DNA from: a candidate division WOR-3 bacterium
GTDB taxonomy: Bacteria > Hydrothermota > Hydrothermia > B15-G9 > WFZT01
NCBI GenBank assembly: GCA_027053075.1
Contig: JALUEE010000086.1
Coordinates: 20,910 to 84,909, forward strand
Direction of reading: 5' to 3'
Length of the DNA stretch: 64,000 nt
A program made the translations under genes and the position numbers. Under the pieces are notes generated by a model. It had not been told where the DNA came from. It worked only from the letters and a program-made list of their open reading frames with translations, and did not search any database. Below are positions 25,641-36,067 of the stretch, piece by piece. The stretch's first letter is position 1. Each line of letters begins with the position of its first letter.

Positions 25641-27479
25641 ATGCTCCTTACTATTCTTATCGCATTTTCTCTAACTATTTCTGACGTTGAAAACAGGTAC
25701 ATAAACGAGGCACTGCAGATTTTAAACGTTACGAGAGAAGACCTTAAGTATGAAAAGATCTGGGTGAAAAAGGATCCGTTTCGACTGAAAATCGTGGAAA
25801 AATTCCTGAATGACCCACTTTCCATGCCTTATGTGGCTGACTCCATTGAGGATTCCATCAAATCCCTCAAAAATGATTCACCTGCACTGGTGAGCTACCT
25901 TTCTTCATTAATTGATGAGCCAGCTTACGATTACCCGGTGGACTCCGAGGGCCTAAAATTTCCGGATACTTTAAATCCCAGGTTGAGTGAATTGATAAAA
26001 TCCCTTTATGCAGCTTCAAAGCTATCTCAAAAAACATTTTCAAAATTGTCTGGGGGCGAGATTGATACGCTACTTTCAGATGGAATTTACTGGTGGACCG
26101 ATGAGGATGATTCTCTTGATGACACCCTGAGAGGGGTAATTTTGCGAGAATTTGGAAAAGAAACACCGTTCCCTTACGGTGATACGACGTCTGTCCCTCT
26201 CGACTCCCTCTCGATGATTCTAAAGAAGGTTGAACTCAAATACATGCTTTCTGCCTTTCATGATGTTCTTGAGGCTGTAAAAGCTTTTGTTAGCAACGCT
26301 CCTCAGGTTAGCGATTCATTCCAGTATGAATTTAATACACCACTTGGGGAAGTCGCTGTCGGGGGAGTGGGCAAAAACATTTACCGTGGCGATTATGCAT
26401 TGATTGTGGATTTTGGAGGGGATGATGAGTATTACGGGCGGCTTGGAGCTGGGATTGGTATTCTGAGTCATCCCGTTGGTGTAATCATTGATTTTGGTGG
26501 AGATGATGTCTATCGCTCAAATAGAGTTGTTTCCTTTGGCAGTGGATACTTTGGGATTGGAGTCCTTTACGATGGTGAAGGAAACGATTACTACTACTCA
26601 TCACATGTTTCCCTTGGTGCTGGCATTCTTGGTTGTGGCGCTTTGATTGATGTGGATGGAAACGATGCTTACCGTGCTGGATTTTTCACTGAGGGAAGTG
26701 GCAATTTTGGTCTGGGCATACTTGAAGATTTAAAAGGTGACGATGATTATCAGGCCTATGACTGGGCCCAGGGATTTGGCTCGGTTAAGGGATTGGGATT
26801 GCTCTTTGATGATGCAGGAAATGATCGATACTACGCTGGTGGATACTATATCCATCATCCCTTGTTACCTCACAATTACCGCTCATTTGCCCAGGGGTTT
26901 GCCATGGGTTGGAGGCCGGACATTTCCGGTGGGATAGGTATCCTTGTTGATACGAGAGGGAACGATTCGTACTACGTGGAAGTCTATGGACAGGGGGCAA
27001 GCTACTGGATTTCTGCTGGTCTGCTTTTGGATGACGCAGGTGATGACACCTATCATGGGGTCGAATATGTTCAGGGGGCGGGTATTCACCTTTCTACCGG
27101 CATTCTGGTGGATCGTGGTGGTGACGATTCATATTATTCAAGATATGGTCCGTCTCAGGGAGAAGGACATGACCTCTCTGTGGGCTGGCTTGTGGATAAA
27201 TCCGGTGATGACAACTACTATGTCTCCGGTGGTCAGGGAGCTGGTATCTACAATTCTGTAGGATTTTTCATCGATTCAAAAGGTAATGACACTTACATGA
27301 CAAGGGAGAAGAATGCAGGCCAGGGCTGGGCAAATTGGGGGCGAAACTCGGCCGCTGTTGGTGTCTTTCTTGATCTTGGTGGAAAAGATGTTTATAGAAA
27401 AGGACTGCCAGGCCGTGACAATAAAATCTGGCTACTTGGCACTTATGGAGTTGGCATCGATACGGAGACAGGGAAATGA
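25641..27479 (+). CDS. Secreted hypothetical protein with 12 DxxG(N/D)DxY repeats (putative Ca-binding beta-solenoid)
   Basis: Signal-like N-terminus; repeats from DFGGDDEY to DLGGKDVY with Gly-rich spacers (AQGFG...G.G.L). Confidence 0.75.
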   Translation: MLLTILIAFSLTISDVENRYINEALQILNVTREDLKYEKIWVKKDPFRLKIVEKFLNDPLSMPYVADSIEDSIKSLKNDSPALVSYLSSLIDEPAYDYPVDSEGLKFPDTLNPRLSELIKSLYAASKLSQKTFSKLSGGEIDTLLSDGIYWWTDEDDSLDDTLRGVILREFGKETPFPYGDTTSVPLDSLSMILKKVELKYMLSAFHDVLEAVKAFVSNAPQVSDSFQYEFNTPLGEVAVGGVGKNIYRGDYALIVDFGGDDEYYGRLGAGIGILSHPVGVIIDFGGDDVYRSNRVVSFGSGYFGIGVLYDGEGNDYYYSSHVSLGAGILGCGALIDVDGNDAYRAGFFTEGSGNFGLGILEDLKGDDDYQAYDWAQGFGSVKGLGLLFDDAGNDRYYAGGYYIHHPLLPHNYRSFAQGFAMGWRPDISGGIGILVDTRGNDSYYVEVYGQGASYWISAGLLLDDAGDDTYHGVEYVQGAGIHLSTGILVDRGGDDSYYSRYGPSQGEGHDLSVGWLVDKSGDDNYYVSGGQGAGIYNSVGFFIDSKGNDTYMTREKNAGQGWANWGRNSAAVGVFLDLGGKDVYRKGLPGRDNKIWLLGTYGVGIDTETGK

Positions 27480-28546
27480 TTCAGGTCTTGCTATCAATTT
27501 TTCTCGTTACCAATGCCAATGTTGAGAAGCTATTTGAAAAGGCTTCAAAGTGGCGGGTGCGGGAGGCCATTTCAGAGGTGGATTCTGCAAGAAAGGAGCT
27601 TGTAAAGCTTGGGGATGTTTCCCTTGAGTATATTTTCACCCAAAAGATTAAAACCACATCAACCCTCGAGTACCGTGCTATCCGATATGTTGTGAAGCAT
27701 CTAAGAGAAAAGTCACGTCCATACATTTACAAAGGTCTCCACTCAGACAATGACACTATCAGGATAAACTGTATACGACTACTTGGAGATTTAAAAGACA
27801 CAATGTCTCTTGACACCCTCATTGCCCTTTTGAAATCTGAGAAGAAAAAGAAGGTAAAGAGGGCAATAATTGCAGCACTTGGGGATATTGGAGTCAAGAG
27901 GGCTGCTACGGAGATTATTCCGTATTTGAAGGATAAAGATATGAGAATGCGACTTGTTGCGTGTGTGGCGCTCGGGAAGCTCAAGAATCCCGAGTCTGTG
28001 GAGCCTCTCTTTGACGCAATGGAAGACAAAAGTTATCTTGTGAGAAGCACAGCTCTCTGGGCACTTGAGAAAATCGGAAATGAAGAGGTCCTGGAAGGTG
28101 CTTTAAAAAGGCTAAAGAAAAGATTCTGGGAAAATTATGTGGGGCAGGCTGTAAATACTGCCGGAGCCGGACTGGAGATTTTGGGAAATCCTGATATAGT
28201 TGGAATTGCAGCTATTGAGGCGGGTAGAGCCTCATTGCCCGGACTCACTCAGAAAAAATTTGATGAATTGATGTGCTGGAAAAGAATTAAATACATCCGA
28301 TTGATCGGTCGGGTGGCCCCTTCAATTTATGAAAAACATCCCGATGACACTCTTGTAATTCTTGCGAGGAAAAGGCTCATTAAGCTCTTAGATTCCCCGT
28401 GCTATCTTGCAAGGGGCTACGCTGTGCGCGCACTCTCAAAGTTCAAAGATGATAGAATCAAAAGGTTACTTGAGTCAAAATCCTTAACGGAAACCAACCT
28501 CTTTGTCCGCTCTCAATATGAGGAAGCCTTGCAACAGCAGGATTGA
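27476..28546 (+). CDS. HEAT-repeat protein, probably exported
   Basis: Repeats such as VKRAIIAALGDIG, MRLVACVALGKL, VRSTALWALEKIG; ATGA overlap with the upstream gene. Confidence 0.85.
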   Translation: MIQVLLSIFLVTNANVEKLFEKASKWRVREAISEVDSARKELVKLGDVSLEYIFTQKIKTTSTLEYRAIRYVVKHLREKSRPYIYKGLHSDNDTIRINCIRLLGDLKDTMSLDTLIALLKSEKKKKVKRAIIAALGDIGVKRAATEIIPYLKDKDMRMRLVACVALGKLKNPESVEPLFDAMEDKSYLVRSTALWALEKIGNEEVLEGALKRLKKRFWENYVGQAVNTAGAGLEILGNPDIVGIAAIEAGRASLPGLTQKKFDELMCWKRIKYIRLIGRVAPSIYEKHPDDTLVILARKRLIKLLDSPCYLARGYAVRALSKFKDDRIKRLLESKSLTETNLFVRSQYEEALQQQD

Positions 28547-28571
28547 AGGCTCCCCCCTCCTATTGCAACTC

Positions 28572-29060
28572 TTACTTCATTACCTCAAGGTCTTCTAAAA
28601 GGGCCTGGAGGTCTTCTTCGTGCTCAACCTCGTCGGTTAAAATCTGAAGGACGATGTTGTAGGTAACCGGGTCTATGTCGCGGGTGAACTTCAGGAGGGA
28701 ATTGTAAACCTCGATAGCGCACTGCTCACCCTTTATATTTTGCTCAAGGACTTTTTTAACAACAGGGTCATCGGGTTTATCGTATCCGCAGTTTGTAATC
28801 TTGAGCCATTCTTCAGGTGAAAGGACAGGGGTTCCACCGAGCTCTAAAATTCTTGCCACAAGCATGTCTGCGTGTCTCAGCTCATCGGTGGCATGCTGAA
28901 CAAGCTCGGCAATTACGGCATCTTTCATCGGCCCTTTTACCACTTTCGAGCCAATCCAGTACTGATAGTAAGCGAGCCATTCGTCCGAAAGGGCTTTATT
29001 TAGAAGCTCAATAATTTTATCCGCATGCTCGCCAACTAAGGCTCTTCCTTTTGTACCCAT
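28572..29060 (-). CDS. DPS-like (DPSL) / bacterioferritin-related ferritin-superfamily protein
   Basis: ALSDEWLAYYQYW, DELRHA, RILELGG, GEQCAI, DEVEHEEDL; SD GGAGG before MGTKG. Confidence 0.9.
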   Translation of the reverse strand: MGTKGRALVGEHADKIIELLNKALSDEWLAYYQYWIGSKVVKGPMKDAVIAELVQHATDELRHADMLVARILELGGTPVLSPEEWLKITNCGYDKPDDPVVKKVLEQNIKGEQCAIEVYNSLLKFTRDIDPVTYNIVLQILTDEVEHEEDLQALLEDLEVMK

Positions 29061-29073
29061 TTTAACACCTCCT

Positions 29074-30681
29074 TTACATTCTGAATACACCGAATTTATG
29101 GTCAGGTATAGGTGCATTTAAAGACATGGAAATTCCAAGGGCAAGAACAGTCCTTGTGTCCAGGGGATCAATTATTCCATCATCCCATAGTCTGGCAGTG
29201 CTGTAGTAGGCACTGGATTCTTCTTCGTATTTTTTGAGGACTGGCTCTCTAATCTTTCTCTCCTCTTCTGCTGAGAGCTCCAGTCCCTTTCTTCTGAGTT
29301 GGTCCCTTTTAACTGTCACAAGCACGTCAGCTGCCTGCTCACCACCCATCACAGCAATTCTTGCGTTGGGCCACATGAATAGCAGCCTCGGATTGTACCC
29401 GCGTCCTGCCATTGCATAGTTACCCGCTCCAAAGGAATTGCCGATTATCACCGTGAATTTTGGCACCTGGGCTGTGGCAACTGCATGGACCATCTTTGCC
29501 CCGTCTTTTGCAATTCCACCATGCTCGTACTGTTTGCCAACAATGAAACCGGTAATATTTTGAAGGAAGACAATGGGAATTTTCCTCACAGAGCACATAG
29601 AGATGAAATGGGCTCCCTTCTGGGCGGCTTCTGAGAAAAGAACTCCGTTGTTTGCCACAATGCAGACCGGATATCCCATTATTCTTGCAAATCCGGTTAC
29701 GAGGGTTGTACCGTATCTCGCTTTAAACTCGTGGAATCTTGAGCCATCCACTATTCTCGCGATTATTTCTTTTGCATCGAAAGGCTTTTTCATATCTTTT
29801 GGAATAATGCCATAAATCTCTTCTGGGTCATAATAGGGGTCTTCTGGCTCAGAAATATCGAGGTAGAATTTTTCCGGCCTGTTGAGGTTCTCAATGATGT
29901 TTCTTGCAATTTGAATGGCATGTCTATCATCAACGGCAAAGTGGTCAGCTACCCCGGAGATGCGGGTGTGAACATCGGCACCACCAAGTTCCTCGGCTGT
30001 AACCTCGACACCTGTGGCAGCTTTCACAAGGGGTGGGCCTCCAATAAATATCGTGCCTTCCTCTTTGACGATAACGGTTTCATCAGACATGGCAGGAACA
30101 TAGGCACCACCTGCTGTACACGAGCCCATAACGAGTGATATCTGGGGAATGTTATTTGCAGACATCCGTGCCTGATTGTAGAAAATGCGTCCAAAATGCT
30201 CCTTGTCAGGGAACACCTCTGCTTGAAGTGGCAAAAATACACCCCCAGAGTCCACCATGTAAACACACGGGAGGTGGTTTTCCATGGCAATTTCCTGGGC
30301 CCTTATGTGCTTCTTTATGGTCTCAGGGAAGTAGGTTCCACCCTTCACTGTCGCGTCATTGGCAACTATGCAGACCTCCCTTCCGTGAACCACACCTATT
30401 CCTGTAATAATGCCTGCGGCCGGGACCTGGTTGTCGTACATCCCCCATGCTGCGAGGGGTGAAAGTTCAAGGAATGGGGTATTTTTATCGAGCAGAAGTT
30501 CAACTCTTTCACGAACCAGGAGTTTTCCGCGCTCTTTGTGTCGTTTTCTCGCCTCAGGTGGTCCGCCCTGCTTTACCTGTTCCAGTCGCTCACGGAGCTG
30601 CTTCACAAGCTCCTTGTTGTGTTTCATGTTTTCTATAAATTCCGGGCTATTGGTTTTTACCCTGGACTCAATTCTAAACAT
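29074..30681 (-). CDS. Acyl-CoA carboxylase carboxyltransferase subunit (3-methylcrotonyl-CoA carboxylase beta-like)
   Basis: [52 protein letters not shown]. Confidence 0.93.
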   Translation of the reverse strand: MFRIESRVKTNSPEFIENMKHNKELVKQLRERLEQVKQGGPPEARKRHKERGKLLVRERVELLLDKNTPFLELSPLAAWGMYDNQVPAAGIITGIGVVHGREVCIVANDATVKGGTYFPETIKKHIRAQEIAMENHLPCVYMVDSGGVFLPLQAEVFPDKEHFGRIFYNQARMSANNIPQISLVMGSCTAGGAYVPAMSDETVIVKEEGTIFIGGPPLVKAATGVEVTAEELGGADVHTRISGVADHFAVDDRHAIQIARNIIENLNRPEKFYLDISEPEDPYYDPEEIYGIIPKDMKKPFDAKEIIARIVDGSRFHEFKARYGTTLVTGFARIMGYPVCIVANNGVLFSEAAQKGAHFISMCSVRKIPIVFLQNITGFIVGKQYEHGGIAKDGAKMVHAVATAQVPKFTVIIGNSFGAGNYAMAGRGYNPRLLFMWPNARIAVMGGEQAADVLVTVKRDQLRRKGLELSAEEERKIREPVLKKYEEESSAYYSTARLWDDGIIDPLDTRTVLALGISMSLNAPIPDHKFGVFRM

Positions 30682-30790
30682 GTGCCACTCCTTTTTAATC
30701 GAAAATAAAGCACAGTCAGAAAATTTTCAACAGATGGGGTCTGCCAGAATAAATCTTGCCGAAGATTCCACGTGTAAGATGAAATATACT

Positions 30791-30978
30791 CCCCGCCTGA
30801 AATTTTTAAAATTTAAGATGTAAATCCATACCCCATTCCACCCCAGCCCTCCCTTCCCGGAGGGAAGGGAGGGAGTTCCATTAGCGCTTAAACCAGCAAG
30901 ACAGTTTGAAACTTTTGCCAGAAAGCCCAGGTTCCCCTCCTTCCTTGAGGAAGGAGGGGTTAGGGGAGAATGGTGAAA
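30791..30978. repeat. Cluster of BoxC/triplex-type repeats
   Basis: CCCTCCCTTCCC/GGGAAGGGAGGG and CCCCTCCTTCC/GGAAGGAGGGG hairpins; 30931-30978 is an inverted near-copy of 54322-54368. Confidence 0.65.
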
Positions 30979-31254
30979 AAGCTCAAATCATCAGAGAATG
31001 GCGCCCAGGTTTGAATTTTCTAAAGAATTTCTTGATTCACCACTTGAAATTACTTGCGAAGCGACCGTTAGCAAACACTTTTATCTTCCTCAGACATTGC
31101 CTGTCGATGGAAAATTCCAGATATTTCCACCCTTCGCTTCGCGGGTAGGAAAGGAAAGTGTCCCGATCCGCAGTTTTTCTGTCCGTACAGCACGACCTGA
31201 ACTTAAAAACCTTCCCCAACACATTAATCAAGGCAAATTGGCCCGTTTTTGAGC

Positions 31255-33153
31255 TCACTCAAACTTTTTTTTCAACCTCCCAAGCAGTGTGGTTTTTGAC
31301 ACCTCAAACTCCTTTCCACCAAATTCTTCCGCAAGATAAACCCTTGTGATTTCTTCCAGAATTTCCCCGACTTCCGGATGGCTCTCCCTAACTCTCTTCA
31401 AAAATTCCGTAGGAGTTTCACCGGGCTTCTTTGGGATACCCTTCTTTTCAAGTATCCTGAGCGCTTCTTCATAAAATCCGAAAGCCCCCTTCCTTCTCAT
31501 CCTAACGGCAAAAAATACGCCGAGGAGCAATATGAGAGCGCCGAGTCCCCACCTGTAATTCACAGGACCTCTGGGATTTATTCTACCACCTCTCCTTGAG
31601 ACCACAGGTGTAAACCTCGAAACACTGCTCAGGATTCTAAACTGTGAATAAATGTCATAATTAATCACGTGCTCATACCAGAGAAGCCTCAGATAATCGA
31701 TGTAGAGACCGGGGTTAAAATGCTTTTTTCTGAATCTTGCAGGAGGTGATGGGTCATACCTCTTCCATCCGACTCCATCGATATAGACCTCAACCCATGT
31801 GTGGGCGTCGTTTTCCCTCACAATGTAATAATTTCCAAGTTTATTGTAAATCCCACCAAGATAACCGCCCACGAGTCGCGCAGGAACTCCAAAGCTTCTC
31901 AAAATCAACGCCATGGACGTGGCAAAAAGCTCGCAATGACCGGATTTTGACCTGGTTAAAAAATAGAGCACTGGATTTTCCCCACGAGGGGCTTCGAACG
32001 ACAGCGAATACCGGAATCTGCTCCGGAAGTAAAGAACAAGCTTTTCTGCCATTATTTCAGGACTCCCATTTATAAAGCTAAACAGCTTTCTCAGCGTGTC
32101 CTTTAGAGTCTGCGGAACATAGGTATATCCAGACCATATCCGGGAATAACTTTCAGGCAAAACCCTCGAGTTTATAGAAACCACTCGATATTTTACCCTT
32201 CCTCGTGTCTCCCCGGAAATAATCAAATCAGATGAGACATAAGCCCTGAATGGAAACAGGCCGCCGATTGGCTTATCAATCGCATAAAGATACCTGTGTT
32301 GTCCCGGCTCAAGGTTGATTTCCTGGACCACAGTGTCGCCTTTTAAATTTATTTTTCTAAACCACACAGGATAATTTATAGGGATGGCACCAACCGCCTG
32401 CCTTCTGTGAAACCATGCCCCTTTTCTGTAAATATCATAAGTCAATCCCCTCCAGTAAGGGAAATGCCCGGCATTGCCCCGCAAAATCCTTGCCCTGAAG
32501 GCAACCTTTCCACTTTTTAAGAGTTTCTCTACGTTGTTTATGTCTATTGTCTCGGTGAATCCAATCCTGCCTGCGCCTCCTGGCCCACCCAAAAAATACG
32601 CACTTCCACTCCTTGGTAGCATATAGAAAAATAGAATGGCCATAGGAATTGAAACTGCAAACATCTTAGCGCTGAATTTGAACATCGAGCTTTTTACATC
32701 CCCGCCAAATGACTCGTATAAATTAATGTTGACAGCAAAATTAATGGCAACTGCAATAAAGAGGAGTAGCATCACGAGATAAGTTATTTCAATTGTGAAT
32801 GAAGCCACACCTGCAACGATGAGAAAGTTCAAAAGCAGTATCTGGATGAAATCCCTCGGCTTCTTCTCCCCTGCAAGTTTTATTGCATTGAGTGACAAAA
32901 GGAGATACTCGAGGGGTCTTACTAAGTTGCTGAGCCGAACCTGACTCAGGAAGAATATGGACAGAAGAATCGCGAGGAAATTCAGAAGTTTCCCGTGTGC
33001 AACAGATTCGCCTTCAAAAGACCTGTAGAGGAAAAACAGATAAATGAGACCAAAAAAGGCTGAGGCATAAAAGGGAATGTAAGGGAAAAGTGCAATGAGA
33101 CTTAGAAAACTTATCAGCCCAGTTTCTATTAAAAGAAGCCTGAATACATTCAT
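31255..33153 (-). CDS. TgpA-like DUF3488/transglutaminase-domain membrane protein
   Basis: N-terminal TM helices, YWRG, GHCELFA (Cys), HTWVEVY (His), YDP (Asp), DUF4129-like tail GETPTEF. Confidence 0.9.
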   Translation of the reverse strand: MNVFRLLLIETGLISFLSLIALFPYIPFYASAFFGLIYLFFLYRSFEGESVAHGKLLNFLAILLSIFFLSQVRLSNLVRPLEYLLLSLNAIKLAGEKKPRDFIQILLLNFLIVAGVASFTIEITYLVMLLLFIAVAINFAVNINLYESFGGDVKSSMFKFSAKMFAVSIPMAILFFYMLPRSGSAYFLGGPGGAGRIGFTETIDINNVEKLLKSGKVAFRARILRGNAGHFPYWRGLTYDIYRKGAWFHRRQAVGAIPINYPVWFRKINLKGDTVVQEINLEPGQHRYLYAIDKPIGGLFPFRAYVSSDLIISGETRGRVKYRVVSINSRVLPESYSRIWSGYTYVPQTLKDTLRKLFSFINGSPEIMAEKLVLYFRSRFRYSLSFEAPRGENPVLYFLTRSKSGHCELFATSMALILRSFGVPARLVGGYLGGIYNKLGNYYIVRENDAHTWVEVYIDGVGWKRYDPSPPARFRKKHFNPGLYIDYLRLLWYEHVINYDIYSQFRILSSVSRFTPVVSRRGGRINPRGPVNYRWGLGALILLLGVFFAVRMRRKGAFGFYEEALRILEKKGIPKKPGETPTEFLKRVRESHPEVGEILEEITRVYLAEEFGGKEFEVSKTTLLGRLKKKFE

Positions 33154-34031
33154 AATAGCGCAAGACTCCTCAAAATTTTTATCCTCTGTGCCTCACCATA
33201 ATCAGGTCTGATCTTCAAATCACCATACTCGATGCCCACTGCGAAGCCAGACTTGAGGAAATGCTCAGCAAGGGAGGCAAGCTCATCTATTCGGCTCTCA
33301 GGATCAGATTCTTTGAGGTCACGCTCTGTCAATACGATTTCACCTGTTCCGGGACCCGAGAAAACCTTTGTGTAGAGTTCATCATCGTGCCTTGAAGCCT
33401 TCCAGTGAATTTGACTTATGGGCTCACCCTCCTGGTACTCCCGCAGTCGCAGGAAATCCCCACCAGTTCCCGGCTTTTTACTCTCAAAACTACCGCTGGA
33501 TTTCATCTCCAAAATCTCAAACACTCTGCTTTTAACGTCATAAATCCGTGGAAATACGAGGACTTCCAGATTCAGAGGGAAAATCTCTTCACGGGTGAAA
33601 AAGCCAAATGGGAATGAGGAGTAAACTTTCAGCTCTTCAATCCGTGCTATCCCTCGCTTTTCAAAAATTAGGGGGATGTGAAAGTCGGTCATTCCTTCGA
33701 TTTTTGGAGTGCCAGAGACCTTATCCTTGAGCTTCACGAAAATATTATAGCCACTTTTTGAATAAATCTTTACGGTAAAATAGGCCTTTTTGCCCTTGTA
33801 AATCTCGAGGGGAGGGTGAATCTCAAACCTGATATTTCGCAGATTCCTTCGCGCATAAATGCCGGATAGACCCATAAGCGCAAGTAACATGGATAGGACT
33901 AAGTAAAGCAGGTTGTTCATGGTATTTGTAGCAGCGAATCCCACAGCAATGGTCAAAAGAATATAGAGGGTTCCCCGTGAATTTACCTTGATGTATGAGG
34001 TTCTGTCATCAAACTGGAACCGAAATCTCAT
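33150..34031 (-). CDS. DUF58 domain protein
   Basis: AATNTMNNLLY, SSFPFGFF, LREYQEGE...IHWKAS. Confidence 0.9.
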   Translation of the reverse strand: MRFRFQFDDRTSYIKVNSRGTLYILLTIAVGFAATNTMNNLLYLVLSMLLALMGLSGIYARRNLRNIRFEIHPPLEIYKGKKAYFTVKIYSKSGYNIFVKLKDKVSGTPKIEGMTDFHIPLIFEKRGIARIEELKVYSSFPFGFFTREEIFPLNLEVLVFPRIYDVKSRVFEILEMKSSGSFESKKPGTGGDFLRLREYQEGEPISQIHWKASRHDDELYTKVFSGPGTGEIVLTERDLKESDPESRIDELASLAEHFLKSGFAVGIEYGDLKIRPDYGEAQRIKILRSLALL

Positions 34032-34917
34032 TGAGCAGTTCTTCGAAGATCAGGCTTCTTGTTCTGAAATCAGGGGTTTCCTGCATAAGAAGCCTGTGTG
34101 GAGCAACGTATCGAGCCATGGTTTTGACATCATCCGGCACCACATAATCCCTGCCCCTGATGAATGCATAGGCCTTTGAAGCTTTGACAAGGTCCAGGGC
34201 CGCCCTTGTGGACATGCCAATAATAAACCTGTCTCGCGTGGCAAGCACAATTCTCATAACGTATTCGAGGATTTTTTCTGCTGTCTTGATATTTTCAACA
34301 AATTCCTGCGCCTTTAAAATTTCTGACCTTGAAACCACAGGCTCAAGATTCCTCGCCTTCTCGTGAAGGTTTCCATTTTTGAGAATATCTTTCTCTGTTT
34401 CCTCGTCCGGATAGCCCATGTCAAACCTGAGCATGAACCTATCAAGCTGTGATTCAGGCAGTGGAAACGTGCCAAAGTGCTCAACTGGATTTTGAGTTGC
34501 TATGACTAAAAAAGGCTCTGGAAGCCGGTAGGTGACTCCTTCAACCGATACCTGACCTTCTCCCATTGCTTCAAGAAGGGCTGACTGGGTTTTGGGTGTG
34601 GCTCTATTTATTTCATCGGCAAGAATGATATTCTTAAAGATTGGACCTTTCCTGAACTCAAACTCATCGGTCTTTCTGTTGAAGACCACTGCGCCAATGA
34701 TGTCGGCAGGCAGAAGGTCGCTTGTAAACTGAATCCGGGTAAATTCGAGACCTGTGGCCCGGGCAAATGCAAGTGCGAGGGTGGTCTTACCTATCCCCGG
34801 AATATCTTCAATCAACACATGTCCCTTTGCGAGCAGGGCAACGAGCGTGAGCTCCACCTGCCTTCTTTTGCCTTTTATAACGGTTTCAACCTGATTTATG
34901 ATTCTTCCTGGTTCCAT
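34009..34917 (-). CDS. MoxR-family AAA+ ATPase
   Basis: DIPGIGKTT, RIQFTSDLLPAD, DEINRA, ATQNP, LPESQLDRF. Confidence 0.95.
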   Translation of the reverse strand: MEPGRIINQVETVIKGKRRQVELTLVALLAKGHVLIEDIPGIGKTTLALAFARATGLEFTRIQFTSDLLPADIIGAVVFNRKTDEFEFRKGPIFKNIILADEINRATPKTQSALLEAMGEGQVSVEGVTYRLPEPFLVIATQNPVEHFGTFPLPESQLDRFMLRFDMGYPDEETEKDILKNGNLHEKARNLEPVVSRSEILKAQEFVENIKTAEKILEYVMRIVLATRDRFIIGMSTRAALDLVKASKAYAFIRGRDYVVPDDVKTMARYVAPHRLLMQETPDFRTRSLIFEELLNEISVPV

Positions 34918-35927
34918 ACTCCCTCTATTTTTTCTCCGCAGTACGGACATTTACCGTCTTTAATATGATTCTCGAGCACCTCAAAACCCCAGCGTCTTAT
35001 GAGCAATCTGCCACATTTTGGACAGTACGTATTCTCTGACTCGTCGCCGGGCACATTTCCAAGATAAACAAATCTAAGTCCCTCTTCTTTACCAATGCGA
35101 TACGCCATTTTGAGGGTTTCAATGGGAGTGGGTGGGTAATCTCTCATCTTGTATGCAGGGTGGAATCTTGAGATGTGCCAGGGAGTCTCCGGGCCGACTT
35201 CATCCCTGATGAATCTTGCTATTTCCCTGATCTGATCTTCGGTGTCATTCCATCCGGGAACAATAAGAGTTGTAAGCTCAACCCAAATCCCTAATTTTTT
35301 GTGAAGTTTAATTGAATCAAGCACCTCGGAAAGCCTGGCTCCTATAATCTTGCGGTAATACTCTTCACTCCACCCTTTAAGGTCAATATTAACAGCATGC
35401 AGGTAAGGTCTTATCATTTCAAGTGCCTGAGGTGAAATATACCCATTGGTCACAAAGACATTCTTTATACCGTATTGTGATGAAATTTTTGCTATATCGT
35501 AGGCATAATCAAAGAAGATGCTTGGTTCAGTGTAGGTGTGGGCAATAACTTCTGCGCGGTATTTGAGGGCAAGCTGAACCATCTCTTCTGCCGAGACATC
35601 GTAACCTTTTATCCTGTGGTGCCTGTCACGGGGCATCTGCGAAATATCCCAGTTCTGGCAAAAGAGACATTTGAAATTACATCCCACGGTCGCATAAGAA
35701 AGGGCACTTGAGCCGGGAAGGAAGTGAAAAAGTGGTTTTTTCTCAATGGGGTCAAGGTTAATTGCAATAGGTTTACCATAGTTTAGCGAATATAGCTTGT
35801 TGTCGATATTTTTCTTGACACCACAGACCCCGTATCGGTCCTTTTTTATAATGCAGTAATGCCTGCATTCGAGACACCTTACCCGCTCATCGTCGTATTT
35901 TTCGTAAAGATAAGCTTCCTTGAGCAT
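34896..35927 (-). CDS. amrS: AmmeMemoRadiSam system radical SAM enzyme
   Basis: DPIEKKPLFHF, GCNFKCLFCQNWDISQ, TYTEP, YLGNV, CPKCG/CPYCG. Confidence 0.93.
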   Translation of the reverse strand: MLKEAYLYEKYDDERVRCLECRHYCIIKKDRYGVCGVKKNIDNKLYSLNYGKPIAINLDPIEKKPLFHFLPGSSALSYATVGCNFKCLFCQNWDISQMPRDRHHRIKGYDVSAEEMVQLALKYRAEVIAHTYTEPSIFFDYAYDIAKISSQYGIKNVFVTNGYISPQALEMIRPYLHAVNIDLKGWSEEYYRKIIGARLSEVLDSIKLHKKLGIWVELTTLIVPGWNDTEDQIREIARFIRDEVGPETPWHISRFHPAYKMRDYPPTPIETLKMAYRIGKEEGLRFVYLGNVPGDESENTYCPKCGRLLIRRWGFEVLENHIKDGKCPYCGEKIEGVWNQEES

Positions 35928-36016
35928 ATTCTAAATAATAACAGCCGCCCGATGGAGAGACAAACCCCAGGTGTAATCGGAATGTGGTTGGGTGCTTTGA
36001 AGAAGTTGAGAGCAAT

Positions 36017-36059
36017 TTTAGATGGGGGCCCCGCGCTTCGCGCGGGGCCCCCATCTAAA
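36017..36059. terminator. Perfect 20-bp hairpin downstream of the enoyl-CoA hydratase gene
   Basis: TTTAGATGGGGGCCCCGCGC-TTC-GCGCGGGGCCCCCATCTAAA. Confidence 0.65.
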
Positions 36060-36067
36060 TCTACTGT

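Noticed and set aside
31255-35927. amrS-moxR-DUF58-tgpA as a new system
   Set aside because: MoxR-DUF58-transglutaminase is a well-known conserved triad, and the amrS adjacency alone is weak evidence
35940-36015. Fluoride or glycine riboswitch-like words (CGATGGAG, GGAGAGA)
   Set aside because: Wrong strand for the neighbouring gene and the remaining consensus is missing
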